Of a stretch of 64,000 nucleotides of DNA, positions 24,600 to 37,546 are shown in pieces. The DNA comes from Mobula hypostoma (taxonomy: Eukaryota), in contig NC_086113.1 in assembly GCF_963921235.1 (NCBI RefSeq), forward strand, positions 29,140,001 through 29,204,000, given 5' to 3'. The notes below the pieces were generated by a model. The model searched no databases. It saw only the letters and a program-made list of their open reading frames with translations, and was not told the DNA's origin. Position numbers and translations under genes: made by a program. Each line of letters opens with the position of its first letter. The first letter of the stretch is position 1.

Positions 24600-25420
24600 T
24601 AGCACAGAGAGAAAATGACAGATCTCGGAAGCATTGATATACCTAAGGACTTCAAGTTCATAGCTCGCTGATAGTGGTGACATAGACGAACAGGGTAGTG
24701 AAGAAGCCGATGCATTTGATATGCTTACTTTCATAAATTGAAGCATTGAGTAGAAGGTTGAGGTATCATGTTGTGGCTGGAAAATAGATTGGCTGGACCT
24801 CACTTGTACTGTTCTGTACAGTTCTTTTCATCACATTACAGCAAACATGTCTTAAAAATCGAGAGTGCAGAAGAGATTCATAAGGATGCTACCTGGAATG
24901 GAGGGCTGCAGTTATCAGGAGATTATGAATAGGCTGGCTTTATTCCCACTGCAATATAGGGAGATAAGGGATGACCTTAAAGACATTCATTGAGTGGCAT
25001 AGACTAGATATATATTGTCAGACTCTTCCCAGGGATGTAGGGTCTAGGTCTAGAAAGCACAGAGTTAATGTAGAGAATAGCGAGAATAATGAGAGATTAA
25101 TGAGACATTTAAAGGAAATATGAGGAATTCTTTTTTTTTAAAGAGAGTGGTTAAATGGAACGAGCTGCCAAAAAAGACAGTAGTGACAGCTACAATAAAA
25201 TGCTTAGAAGAAAATTTGGACAGGTATATTCATAAGAAAAATATAGAAGGACACATACGGGACACGGGGAAGTGGGGTTAGTGTAAATTGGCATCACATT
25301 TAATACCAAATAACATTGACAAATATATTACTATATTTTAATGTGAGAAGGCTTTTCTGATGACTTACTTAAAAATTGTCCTTGTGAGTGCCTGTTTCTG
25401 TGCTGTTCCTTTCTATGACT
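24600..25420 (+). mobile_element. Old CR1 3' fragment
   Basis: CAAGTTCATAGCTCGCTGATAGTGG...GGATGCTACCTGGAATGGAGGG...GGAACGAGCTGCC; tail CCTGTTTCTGTGCTGTT...CTATGACT. Confidence 0.75.
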
Positions 25421-25644
25421 GATAAGTTAACAATGGTCTATCGAAATTCAGTAAGGCATTTTAAGAATTATGCAAGGTAGCAAACTGGGGCAGATTCTCC
25501 ATAGTGGAGCCGAAAGAAATTCTTTAAATCAGAAATGGCAACCAAGGACTTGAGTGAAAAGTAGGTGGTGCTGAAGTATGGTGAACATGACACGGCAGAT
25601 GGGAAGGCATTCACTAAAATCAGTACTATATGAGTTTTATACAC

Positions 25645-26370
25645 ATACCAATCCTCAGAGGGATCAGAAGTGGAGAGAGTGAGCAGCTTCAAGTTCCTGG
25701 GTGTCAAGATCTCTGAGGATCTAACCTGATCCCAACATACCGATGTAGTTATAAAGAAGGCAAGACAGAGGCTTTATTAGGAGTTTGAAGAGATTTGGCA
25801 TGTCAACAAATACACACAAAAAATTCTATAGTTGCATCATGGAGAGCTTTCTGATAGGCTGCCTTACCGTCCGGTATGGAGGGGCTTCTGCACAGGTCCA
25901 AAAGAAGCTGCAATAGGTTGTAAATCTAGTCAACTCCATCTTGCGTACTAGCCTACAAAGTACCCAGGACATCAGTAGGGAGCGGTGTCTCAGAACGGCA
26001 GCATCCATTATTAAGTGCCTCCAGCACCCAGGGCATGACCTTTTCTCACTGTTACCATCTGGTAAGAGGTTCAGAAGGCTGAAGGCACACACTCAGTGAT
26101 TCAGGAACAGCTTCTTCCCGTCTGCCATCCGATTCCTAAATGAACATTGAACCTTTAGACACTACTTCACTTTTTTTAGTACACAGTATTTCTGTTTTTG
26201 CACATTTTTCCATCTGTTCAATAGATGTAATTGATTTACTTGTTTATTTATTATTATTAATTTATTTATTATTTTTGTTTTTCTCTACTGGATTATGTAT
26301 TGAATTGAACTGCTGCTAAGTTAACAAATTTTATGTCACATGCTGATGATAATAAACCTGATTCTGATTG
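25645..26370 (+). mobile_element. Rex1/Babar-like LINE 3' part
   Basis: VERVSSFKFLGVKISEDL...KKARQRL; HPGHDLFSLLPSG; tail AATAAACCTGATTCTGATT. Confidence 0.85.
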
Positions 26371-26809
26371 GTTTAGGTACTCATAACTCTATCTTGGGGA
26401 AAGAACAACACAATTTCCTTTGGAGTTCTCCAAGAAGTTTAGAAACCAAATATAACATTTTGATGATGGCTCTGTTGGATGGTATAACAGACCAGCTGGT
26501 TACAAAGTCAAATCAGGCTACAAGTAGCTAGCAGAATCATTTTTTAAAATGATTTTTAAATGCCTAATGTTTTATCAAAAGCAGTATCTGAAGACACAGA
26601 GAAAATAACATCGTTGTTGTGCTCAGTGAGTAATATATTAACATTATTATTTTAATTTCCTATCTGAAGTTCAGTTTTATTGAGTTTAAGATATACACCC
26701 GAGAAATAACTTCCAGCCCAACGTTCCACCAAAATTATACCAACCACTTAGAAAAGCCCAGAGGGGAACTTCAGCACCTGACTATATAGAAGGCGGCTTC
26801 TTAAGTTAG

Positions 26810-27350
26810 ATTCCTTGCTAAACTGGAGTACTTTGTACCATTCTTGTTGCCATTATAGGAGGACTGTAAGTGCACTGGAGATGTTCCAGAGGACAGTCTC
26901 CAGGATGTTGCCTGGAATGAAGGTTTCGGTTATGAAGAAAGACAGGAAGTGTTGGAATGGGTTCCTTGTAGTAGAAGATGCTAAGGGGAGGACCTGTTAG
27001 AGGTATGAAAAATTATCAGGAACATAAATAGAGCAGATCATGAGAAACATTTTGTTTTCATATTTGGGGAGTATAAACCCATAGGTTTACAGTAAGGAGC
27101 AGGTGAATTAGAGGGTGTTGAGAATAATTTTTTTTCATCCAGAAGTTATTTGGAATCTGGAATGTACTATATGGGTAGACCAGGTGGGTAGTCTCATAAC
27201 AATTAAAGTATCTAGATGAGTACTTGAATAAACAAGACATTGAACACCACAGGCCAAGTACTGAAAATGAGATTACTATAAATCAGTACATTTTTCACGT
27301 AGAAACGGGGGCTGAAGGACCTGTTTCTGTGATGTATGACTCCCTGATTA
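26810..27350 (+). mobile_element. CR1 3' fragment
   Basis: ORF 26815 (ALEMFQRTVSRMLPGM); tail GCTGAAGGACCTGTTTCTGTGATGTATGACTC. Confidence 0.75.
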
Positions 27351-30300
27351 CATGACTTTAAGCCCATATTGTATTAAAAAAATCAAGTTACAATAAAAAG
27401 GGTGTACAGAAAATTAACATGGATGATGCCAGAAATATGAAGATGTACCTGGATCTTATTAAAGATTAATTAAACTCTGCCTTATTTCTTATGAGAAAAG
27501 AAGGCCGATTGGTTAACAAACGGAAGCCTTTTAAAGGAAGAAAGATCATGATAGAGCAATGCATTGGAGATGTTTCCATTGTGGGAAAGAGCGTGACAGG
27601 AGGTGATTCAAATCAAAGAGTCCAATAGGGAATTCAGAAGAAACATCTTTAACACAAGAATGTTGAGAATGTAGTAACTAATATTTTGTTAAAAGCATAA
27701 TTGAAAACATCACTTAAAACCAGTCACCCTTCAATAAAGGCCACAATTATACTTCAAAAATCAGCTACCAAAAAAACCAAAAACTTCTTCTGCCTTGGTA
27801 CTTAAAATATGTTTGAATAAAACTTGAAATAACTCATTAATTACCAATATTTCACAAAATCGATATAGCAATTTTATGACCAGACTAATTCTGCTCTGAG
27901 AGTGATCTGAAGTGCACTAACCAGAGCTACCCATTTCAGATCAGCTTTGGATATTAATCACCATCTAAAAATACTCAAGACTGCACAGAAGGTGCAAAAG
28001 TAATATTATTATTAATGTGCCTTGAAGTGCTGACAATCTTCTGTGAAGACACTTGTTTTCTCAATATATTCAACTTGGTTTTAGCCTGCTGGATTCTTGA
28101 GATTTTTTGAAGTTCTAAGTTGGCTTTTGTTGAATGTCAAGATGCTAATACATTTGTCTATATTTAAATAAAACTGCATGCACTGGAAAGATCCATAGGA
28201 GTGAGAGAGTGAGAGAGTGTGTGATGAAAGTTAATGAATCATCTGAAACAAAGTTGGAGATGTAATCACCAGAGAAAGAAACAGCAAGAGGAGAGAGAAG
28301 AAGAAAAGGGAAAATCAATAATATTCATGGAGGGCAGAAGGAATTATGACAAGCAAACTCAGAAGTAGGAGGTAATGGGATAAGTAAGGACACAAAAGAA
28401 AAATGAACGATAAAAATCAATTAGTTAGTTGAAAAGCAAGGTAACTTTTCATGTGGCTAGGAAGCGAAGAAACGCTTTTTTTTTTGCTCCCATTAAGTAC
28501 TCTCTTACAAAGAGTGCCAACATATTTTGGAGTAATGTTTCACCTGGCAATAATATTCCTCAAAACATCAAAAGTAGAAGAAATATAGGGCACCCCCCAT
28601 GACTGCAAGTTCCTGTCCCAGTTGCACATCAACTCATTTTGGAAACTTGTTTCTATTGCTTCATTGTCACCTTGACAAGAGCATGAACAACAAATCTAAA
28701 TAGATGATGGAAATGTCTTCATACTATCAATTTAAGGACAATCTCAAAGAATGGATGGGAAACAATTTTGCCTTCCAACATCTACATTGATAAATGAAGA
28801 ATTTAATTGATAAATGCATAACTTAATAACACTAACAATACTAGCATCATAGTTTTTCAGCACAAGATAAGGTCAGTGCCTATACCAGTGTAAATTCTGG
28901 TTTAGTATTTTATATTGAGAATGTCATAAATTTGCATCCAATTAAATTTGATTGTTATTCACCGGCTTATCCGGTTCCATCTGAAATGATGCAATTACTT
29001 CTGCATCAACAATCATGTGAGATAAAGTTTTCTCTATTTGAATCTGTTTTCAGTGATGTAATTTCATTGACTATTCTCTTTTCAAGCTTTTCAACTAATT
29101 ATGAATTTCTGATCCTCTCAGCTTGCAACAAAGGATAACTGAAATACAGACGAATAAGATGCAACATTTGTTGTTGGCCATTCAAAGGTTTTGTGACTTT
29201 GGATGTTTCCATTTCTTTTCTTTTAAGCCTTGCTTGCCTTTGCAAATAGAGCCCATTTATTTTGTTTTGCTATCCCCTGAGATCTAGTATGAAAATAGTG
29301 ATTATTTTTATTCTTCCAATGTTTACTTAATGATAATGTGCTGTAACACCATGGAGTAAACTAATTGTAACTTAAACTATGTTTCGTACAGATACATTAT
29401 TAAGCAGTTGAATAACTGAATATATAAAACTATGGCTATCTTATACACAGCTCGTTGTGGAGATGGGGAAGGGGTATGTCAGCTACCCGAGTACCTGTAA
29501 AATCCAAAATTAAACTTAATTGTTTACAAGCCATTGCGAGACATCCGCCCAGTAAAGTTTACCATTTCCCTGATAGACAGATAAACCCCAATTACTGGGG
29601 CTCAGAGAGCTTAGTCCAAGGTTAGCAAACAGAATGCACGAGGGTAAAGAAGGAGCTTATCTATTAAATCTATGCAGCTCAGCAGCACTGATAAACCACA
29701 TATTCTCAACTAAGGACAGATCCATTTGCTGAGTCTGTGTTTTCCATCTTTTTAATGGTCCATATATTTATGCTAACAAATGCTTTCATCTTTTGAATGA
29801 ATTTCTTGCTCAGCAGTTTATCAAATACTTTCATCAATACCACAATGGTATATTTGACAACTCATTATAAGCATAGTAATTTTTTCTTGACATTTTTAAT
29901 TAAGTTCATTAAACATGGTCTAAGCCATGCAAAGCAACCTTGGCTATCTTCAGTTTGTCCTACCATGTTACTGCTTGTTAATCTTGCTCTTCATTATGAT
30001 TTCCTGCAATTTTATTGGCCACTGGTGCAAAGCTGGAATTAAAGAATCATTAAAGTGATGGAAAGGAAGATTGGACAGGGTTTAACTAATTTTATAAACA
30101 TTACCAAATGTGGACAGCGAAAGAGAGGACTTGAATTTTTAGAAGATATTTCACAAATTCAGAATAGAGGAATGTCCTTTACGGTCGAAGACAAATGTAG
30201 TCACAGCTTTGAAGTAGCAAAATGCATGCATCCATTTGTTCTTGGGAAGCTTTTGCAAAACTTCAGAATGGCAACATCACTTTTAGCAACAAAAGCCGTG

Positions 30301-31149
30301 TGAAAATTAAGACATGAGGCAAACTTTCTAGCTCCTTTTCAAGAAAGTGCCATAATATTTTTAGTTCATTTGAGAAAGAAAATAGGGTTATTCGTTGGAG
30401 ATCTGAAGATTTCAAACAGGTCAGCTCTGCCTCAGCACTGCGTCGAAATAAATATCATCCTATGTTTCTTTTCAAGTGTATGGAATAGGATTTGAAAGCA
30501 TGACTTACACTTAGGGGCAAAAGGAATAACAGCTGAGTAAAATTCTAACAAGTGTACTGAAATATCTATTGTTTTGAATCCTTCAGTGGTAAATCCTGGA
30601 CAGTGTAAACATTTCAAAAACTCAGAGTATTGGCTACCATTAGAATGACTGACTCTGTTTGATGGATGATTAGTAATCTGATATTAATTAATAATGGATG
30701 CTGAAGGAAATAGTCACTGATCTAATGCATGTGATCCACAACTCATAAATATATTGCTTATCACTCAGAATGTGTTCTCAGGAATCAAAAGCACAGGTGG
30801 ACTCAGCACGAAGTGAATCATTATAGCATTGCATATATAAAAATGTGTTCTAGTTGTACCTCAGTGCCAGAAACCAGACCTCCACTACTTTTACTGAAAC
30901 AACCAAACAGTTACACCAATGTCATTGCCATTTTACTCAGTGTGTAATAAGCCAGCATGTCAATATAGAGAGTCTGCCTGCCTGATGTTTCACTCCACAC
31001 AATGATGATATGTAAGCAGTATTTCTAATTGCCCTGTTCACCACAGTCCCAATCCCAACTTCAAACCATTGTCATCACTCTTAACTTTTGCTATTCTTCC
31101 TGTAGTTTATCATCACAGAGATGGTCCAGAAAGAAGGTTAAGAAATTGT

Positions 31150-31435
31150 CTATTTATTTAGAGATACGCATGGAATATGCCCTTATTTGAGCCACACTGC
31201 CAGCAATCCCCGGTTTAACCCCAGCCTAATCATGGGACAATTTACAATGATCAATCAGCCCACTAACAGATAAGTCCTTGACCTGTGGGAGGAAACTGGA
31301 ACACGCAGAGGAAACCCATGCTTTCTGTGGGGAGAACATACCAGCTCCTTACAGAGGATGCCACGGTTGAACTCTGAACTTTGCTGCCCCCAGTTGTAAT
31401 AGCATTCGCTAACCACTACGCTAAAGAGGCCTTGC
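31150..31435 (-). mobile_element. V-SINE/HE1-like SINE
   Basis: TATTTATTTA tail, TGTGGGAGGAAACTGGAACACGCAGAGGAAACCCA core and a tRNA-like head (GCTAACCACTACGC). Confidence 0.75.
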
Positions 31436-32659
31436 CAGGACAATGCATAATTTCACCCAAACAGTAACGTTCCCAAAGCTGATGTGACAATGGAGCCTCC
31501 TTTGCCCTTTCTAAGAGCAGCTTAAGTAGATAAAGCCAAAGTAAAAAAAAACACTTATTTCAATATTTCTTCCTTCCTAAGCCTCTAAAAGTGAGCATGG
31601 GTAACCCTGGTCAGAACAATAGATATCTCCAACACAGCCAATGGATGCAAACATCATCTGGAAATCCAAACTACGGAAATGTCTTTGTGATTCTTCTTGG
31701 ATGCTAACTTAGTACCACTCAGCTCATTTCTCACATCATAGCAAGACTTCAGCTCTGCTTGCTTAATCCAGGACAACCAAACACAGCCTAATTTCCTATC
31801 CTTGCTTCAGATGAACCACTGTTGCAATAGGTATGCCAAAACATAGATGTTTAATTAATTGAACTCCCTGGACTTCAGAAACACCTTTTGGCTCAGTGCT
31901 AGAATTGCCCAGCTGGAAAAATCTTTGTATAATCATTGGGATCATTAATCCTTGGTACTTCAGATTGCTGTTTCTTTAGAAACTAAAATCTCTGTGTTGA
32001 AACATCACTTACCTGATGGCCTGTAAACAAAGTAGAATGATTGTTGTAAAATATATAAATGAATCTTTTGGTTAGTAAAGGGGCACGAATAAATTGAATA
32101 AAGGAATAGCCAATAATTTATTGATGGCACACTCTGCATGGTAATCTAATATTAAGGGAAATGTACAATTATTTTAAGTCCAGCATTTGTTTGAAGATTC
32201 AATACTTTTTCAAATAAGAAAAGATAAAATGGTTGCCAAGCAGCTGAAAGTTAAGGAGCTGTAGGCCCTAATTGTATTTGTTTGCTGGTAAACATAATTC
32301 ATTCCTGATTCATGAATGACACACAATAGCTGTACCATATGAACAAAATGTTTCTCATAGACTTGGTTCAGAGGGATTCTGTTAGGCAACTAAATCTTAG
32401 AAGATGTGTCCTTATTCTAAGAGGAAATTGGGACAAAGTAATCAATTCAACTTGATAGCTGGAACACACTGCATTTCAATGTCAGTTTAAAACAAGGGGG
32501 AAGAATAGAAGCAAATGGAAGAGTTTTGAAATCCTGAATTCTAACAATGTTGACTCCATCCAGTCCAACAGTCACCTGTTCACCAAATTGCCATCAGGTG
32601 GACTCTACAAGTCCACTACCACCAGAACTGTATGTCATCTCCAAAGCTTCTTTCCTTCT

Positions 32660-32930
32660 GCTATTTTATTTATTTATTGATATACAACGCAGAATAGGCC
32701 CTTCCGTCCTTTCAACCATGCCCCCCTGTGAATTTAACCCTAGCCTAATAACAGGACAACTTCAAATGATTAATTAACCTATCAACTGGTATGTCTTTGA
32801 AACCAGCACATCCAGAGGAAACGCACACAGTTACGGGGAGAACAAACAAACTCCTTACCAGCAGCTGGAGGAACTGAACCCACGTCACTGGAACTGCAAA
32901 GCATTGTGCTAACCACTATGCTACAGTGCT
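32660..32930 (-). mobile_element. V-SINE/HE1-like SINE with TSD, inserted into an old Rex-like fragment
   Basis: Same core as 31150-31435. TGCTATTTT flanks both ends (about 32659 and 32930). The host reads HLFTKLPSGGLYKS at about 32573. Confidence 0.75.
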
Positions 32931-33302
32931 GCTATTTTGTTGGGAAGCTCTCCAGCTTCTCAACAAAATGCACTCAGGTGTAACTCCCTAACTGTCCCTG
33001 CACAACGTCCATTAAATAGTCTTTCCTGCTCTCCTTGTTCTGTTGATAATTATTTAGTCTGTTCATATGTTCATATTTCTTTAAGTTTGATTAATGAAGT
33101 TTGCATAAATCGTTGATTGCTCCTGACTGTTTGCACTATTGTCTTGTAAATGGTTGGCTGCTATTGTGTTGTCTGTTATTGTATTTGTCCTATGTTCGAT
33201 GCTTGGCACTCAATTCTGTTATGTTTCACAGACTGGCATGAAAGTGATTCTCATTCTGATGTACTGCAGAAAGAGTAAAAGCATCTTCCAAATCTATTAT
33301 TT

Positions 33303-33908
33303 TGTACGGGGTCTTTCTTTTGTTACATTTAAAATGGCGACTTTGTTATGTTAATCTGGGGAATGCGGCTTTGTTGTGCTTTAACGCTGAAGAGAGTTTG
33401 CGCTAACAGTTGTTTTACTTTAAAATGAGATAACAGGATTCTATTAGCCAATGGGTGGTTATGTATCGTTTTGTTTTCGGATACCATGCTGTATGATATG
33501 ACTGTGGACTGAGTTTTGGCGGGGAGTCGGAGGAGAGACGAGGAAGACCGCGGACGTGCGGAGAGGCTCCGGTCGATCACTCAGGGTGGTCCCGAGCCGT
33601 GAGTCGACGGAATTCGGGTGGTCGTCTGACGTCAAGTTGAGCTCCAACGTAGCGCGCAAAGAACTTGGACTTTGATAAGTGTTGGCGCCTTTCTTTTTCA
33701 TTACTTTCCTCTCTGTATCAAATGTATATAATGTCATAGAATTAGTAATATCTATAAAGTGTATTTGTTAAAATTTACTGGGTGTGCTGGCTGATGATTG
33801 ATGTTTGTGATTGATTCGGGAGGCAACCGACCCTGTGGGGAGTGTTGAGGCGAGTGCTGGGCTGGATTTCCCCTAGACATACACGAGCAAATATAACTGA
33901 ACATTACA
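33303..33908 (+). mobile_element. Solo LTR (606 bp), CpG-rich
   Basis: TGTA...TACA termini with a 4-bp TSD ATTT (33299-33302 and 33909-33912). Contains CCAAT, a GC-box-like GGCGGGGAG and many intact CpGs. Strand is inferred. Confidence 0.85.
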
Positions 33909-34274
33909 ATTTTGAAAAGACAAGGACAGCAGATGTATTGTTATGCCACCATCTACAAGTTCTCCTCTAAGTTGCACACAATGCAAATCCTACATCCTTA
34001 AATGTAAATGACTCATGTACTTATGACATAAAAACATGAAAACATTTGAAAGTTTTTGATAGAGTTGTCATCAAAGAGCTAGTTCACTATCCGAAGATCC
34101 TGATGTCTGAGAATTTACATGCTACTACTCTCACTAACTCGATACAAGCAAAAATCACCACTGATTGCAAAAATTGTAAAGAGGATAGTGAAAGAATCAT
34201 AAATTAAATATAGTATTCAGAGTAAAACACAGTGTATTTTGCAGAAGTTTCTCAAGTATTCAAGCGAGGAAGTC

Positions 34275-35775
34275 CATAAGACCATAAGGCATAGCAGAAG
34301 AATAATATTATTTGGCCCATTGTGCCTGCTCCACCATTCAATCATGGCTTATTTATTTTCCCCCTCAAACCTCTTCTCCCTGTAACGTTAGATACAGTAA
34401 CTAATCAAGAACCTATTAATGTCTGCTTTAAAAATACTCAATGTCATGGCCTCCCCAGCCATATTTGACAATAACCAGATTCATCACCCTCTGACTAAAG
34501 AACTTCCTTCTCATCTTGGTTCCAATTGTACATCATATTATTCTGAGGCTGTGCCTCTGGTCATAAGCTCTCCCAGTACTATGTCCTCTCTATCTAAGTC
34601 TTTCACTATTTAATAGATTTCAATGAGATTTCCCCCTCATTCTTCTAAATTCCACTGAGCACAGGCCCAGAGCCATCAAACACTCATACATTAAACCTTC
34701 GTTTATGGGATAATTCTTGTGAACCTCCTGTGAACTCTCCCTCTAATGCCAGCACTTCCATTCAAATGATATGGGAGGGTTCACATTTCTCTCTCTTACT
34801 ATTGACTTAACCTTTCACCTCAGACGGTTGAAGAAGTTCAGCATGAGTCCCCAGATCCTAAGGACTTTGTACAGGGGCACAATTGAGAGCATCTTGACTG
34901 GCTGTATTACTGCCTGGTATGAGAACTGTACTTCCCTCAGTCACAGGACTCTGCAGACAATAGTGCAAACAACCCAGTACATCTGTGGATGTGAACTTCC
35001 CACTATTCAGGACATTTACAGCAACAGGTGCATAAAAAAGGGCCCGAAGGATCAGTGGGAACCGAGTCACGCCAACCACAAACTGTTCCAGCTGCTACCA
35101 TCCGGGAAATGGTACCACCGCATTAAAGCCAGGACCAACAGGCTCTGGAACAGCTTCTTCCACCAGGCCATCAGGCCATAAGACTGATAAGACTATTTCA
35201 CACTGATACAATCATATTTTTAAGCTATATTGACTGTTTTGTTTTACATCTTATTGTACATATTAATTACAAATTACTATAATTTGCACATTCAGACAGA
35301 GATATAACATAAAGATTTTTACTCCCCATGTATGTGAAGGATGCAAGAAATAAAAACAAGTCAATTCAATTCAACCTGCAAGTTAAGCTTCAGGGAAATT
35401 TACACAAGGACTTCAAAGTCTCTATGCATGTCTGATTTCTAAATTTGATTCCCGTTCAGAAAATAGTCTACATCTTTACTCCTTCCAACAAAGAACATGA
35501 CCGTATACTTCCCTACACCATATTCCATCCTCCACTTCTTTGTCTGTTCTCATAATGTGTCCAAGTCCTTCTGCAGACTTCCTACTTCCTCAACGTTACC
35601 TGCCCCTTGGTCTACCTTTATATCATTTGCAAATTTGGCCACAAAGACATCAATTCCATCAACCAGATTATGAACATATACCATGAAAAGAAGTGGACCC
35701 AACACCAGCCCCAGCAGAACACAACCAGTAACCAACAGCCAGCCAGAAAAATAACCCCTTTAATCCCACTCTGGA
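34275..35775 (-). mobile_element. CR1 3'/RT fragment interrupted by a Rex1-like insertion
   Basis: CCATAAGACCATAAG tail; ORF 35550..35735 reads VLGPLLF...VAKFANDIKV. Confidence 0.85.
34814..35372 (+). mobile_element. Rex1/Babar-like LINE 3' part with TSD
   Basis: ORF 34771..35181 (FHLRRLKKF...IESILTGCITAWY...LLPSGK...SFFHQAIR); (CAATT)n tail; TSD AACCT at 34809-34813 and 35373-35377. Confidence 0.88.
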
Positions 35776-37212
35776 ACTGTGATTGATGGCACCAAATGCA
35801 GTAGTATAGGATTCCTGAGTCAGGGAAAAGAAAATGGTTGAGATGTTATAGTTTTGACAATTGTTGGTGCACAGTCAGTTACAAAACCTGTTTCTAGCTC
35901 TCAGTGGCAATTAATGAGGCATGGTAATCAGCAGTTTTGTGAGCTGCTGCATCTGGAGAAAGCAAAATAGAATTCAATCTATGAGGTTAAACATAACGAG
36001 TGCATCAGTGACAGCATTAATATGAAAAAGAGCAGAACATGGTGGCTCAACTGCAGGCAATTTATCCAGCATCCTTGGAATCTGTACTTAAGCATGTAGC
36101 ATGTGCATTTAGACCTTTGTGTCATCTGACGGATGGGTAGGGGGAGAACAGAGATGAACAGAGCAGGTGGGATCTTTGATTAAGTTGCCTGCCTTACAGA
36201 GGCAGATGGTTATGTCATATAGAGAGTACCATCAGTTTTAATGAATGACTTTCAAAACTACTATTGCAAAAAAAAAAGGTGAGACAGTAAAGAATGTTAA
36301 TGTGTGAAATGAGACTGCAATCAAATGTTCATATGCTGGACTAAGTCGGATGTGTCAAACTGCGGATAGGCTGCTATTTAACAGAAGAAGATAATGACTA
36401 CTGAGTAATCATTTACAGAGAGAACACATGATTATCACACTAACATCTTGAGAAGGCTAATCTTAGATGAATCAAACCCAAAACATTCTGGCATATGAAG
36501 TACAAAGGTTATTGCTGGGAACTTTATATATTGGTCTGAGTCACAGAAACATACCATAAGGATGTAAGATACAGGAGCAGTACTAGGCCATTTGGTGCTT
36601 CGAGGCTGCTCTGCCATTTCGTCATGGCTAATCCAATTTTCCTCTCAGCCTCAATTTCCTGCCCTCTACACATATTCCTTCAGGCCCTGACAAATCAAGA
36701 ACCTATCAACCTCTGGCTTAAATATACATAAAGACTTGGCCTCCACAGCTGCTTATGGCAAAGAATTTCACAGATTCACCATTCTCTGGCTGAAGAAATT
36801 CCTCCTCATCTCCATTCTAAAAGCATACCCCTCTATTCTGAGGCTGTATCCTCTGGTCTTAGATTCTCCTACTATTGGAACCATCCTCTCCACATCCACT
36901 CTATCAAGGCCTTTCACCATTCAATAGGTTTCAATGCGGTCACCTCTCATTCTTCTGAATCCTAGTGAATACAGGCCCAGAGCCATCAAATGCTCTTCAT
37001 GTGACAAGCTAGTCAATCATGGAATAGTTATTTTAAAATATTTATTGACATAAAGCACAGAGTAGGCTTTTTTGGCCCTTCAAGGCACGCTGCCTTGCAA
37101 TCACCTAGTTTTATCATAGCCTAATTATAGGACTGTTCATAATGACCAATTAACCTACCAACCAGTATATCTTTGGAATGTGGGAGGAAAACAGAACCCA
37201 CGCAGTCATGGC

Positions 37213-37409
37213 TGTGGTGATATCACATGTCATGTGTAAGACCGTGATGGGGCAGAGTACGGAGCATGCGCGGAAATGACAGAATCATCTAGAAACTGTA
37301 TGGTGAAAATGTGGTTGCTGTTTGCTGTTGTAAATAAAAGTTCCAGTTTTAATTCTTCCAGAATATGGTTTGTTGTTAGTAACCCACAGTACGTATAAAG
37401 AAAACAACA
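37213..37409 (+). repeat. 5' LTR (197 bp)
   Basis: TGTGGTG...CAACA with internal AATAAA, followed directly by the TGG of the PBS. Confidence 0.88.
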
Positions 37410-37427
37410 TGGTGTTAGAAGTTGGTC
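37410..37427 (+). other. Primer binding site, tRNA-Leu-like
   Basis: TGGTGTTAGAAGTTGGT vs the tRNA-Leu-complementary TGGTGTCAGAAGTGGGAT. Confidence 0.75.
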
Positions 37428-37546
37428 TGGAAGAATAATACATTTTGTTAACACGGGAGAAGGGAAAATAATCGATAAGATAGAGCATGAACTATTTCGT
37501 TGTTTGCTAACAGCTTTAAAAAATTGAAGTTTTTCAACCCCCGTCG

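Noticed and set aside
33500-33700. CpG island of a host gene
   Set aside because: It is contained within TG...CA ends with a TSD, so it is a solo LTR.
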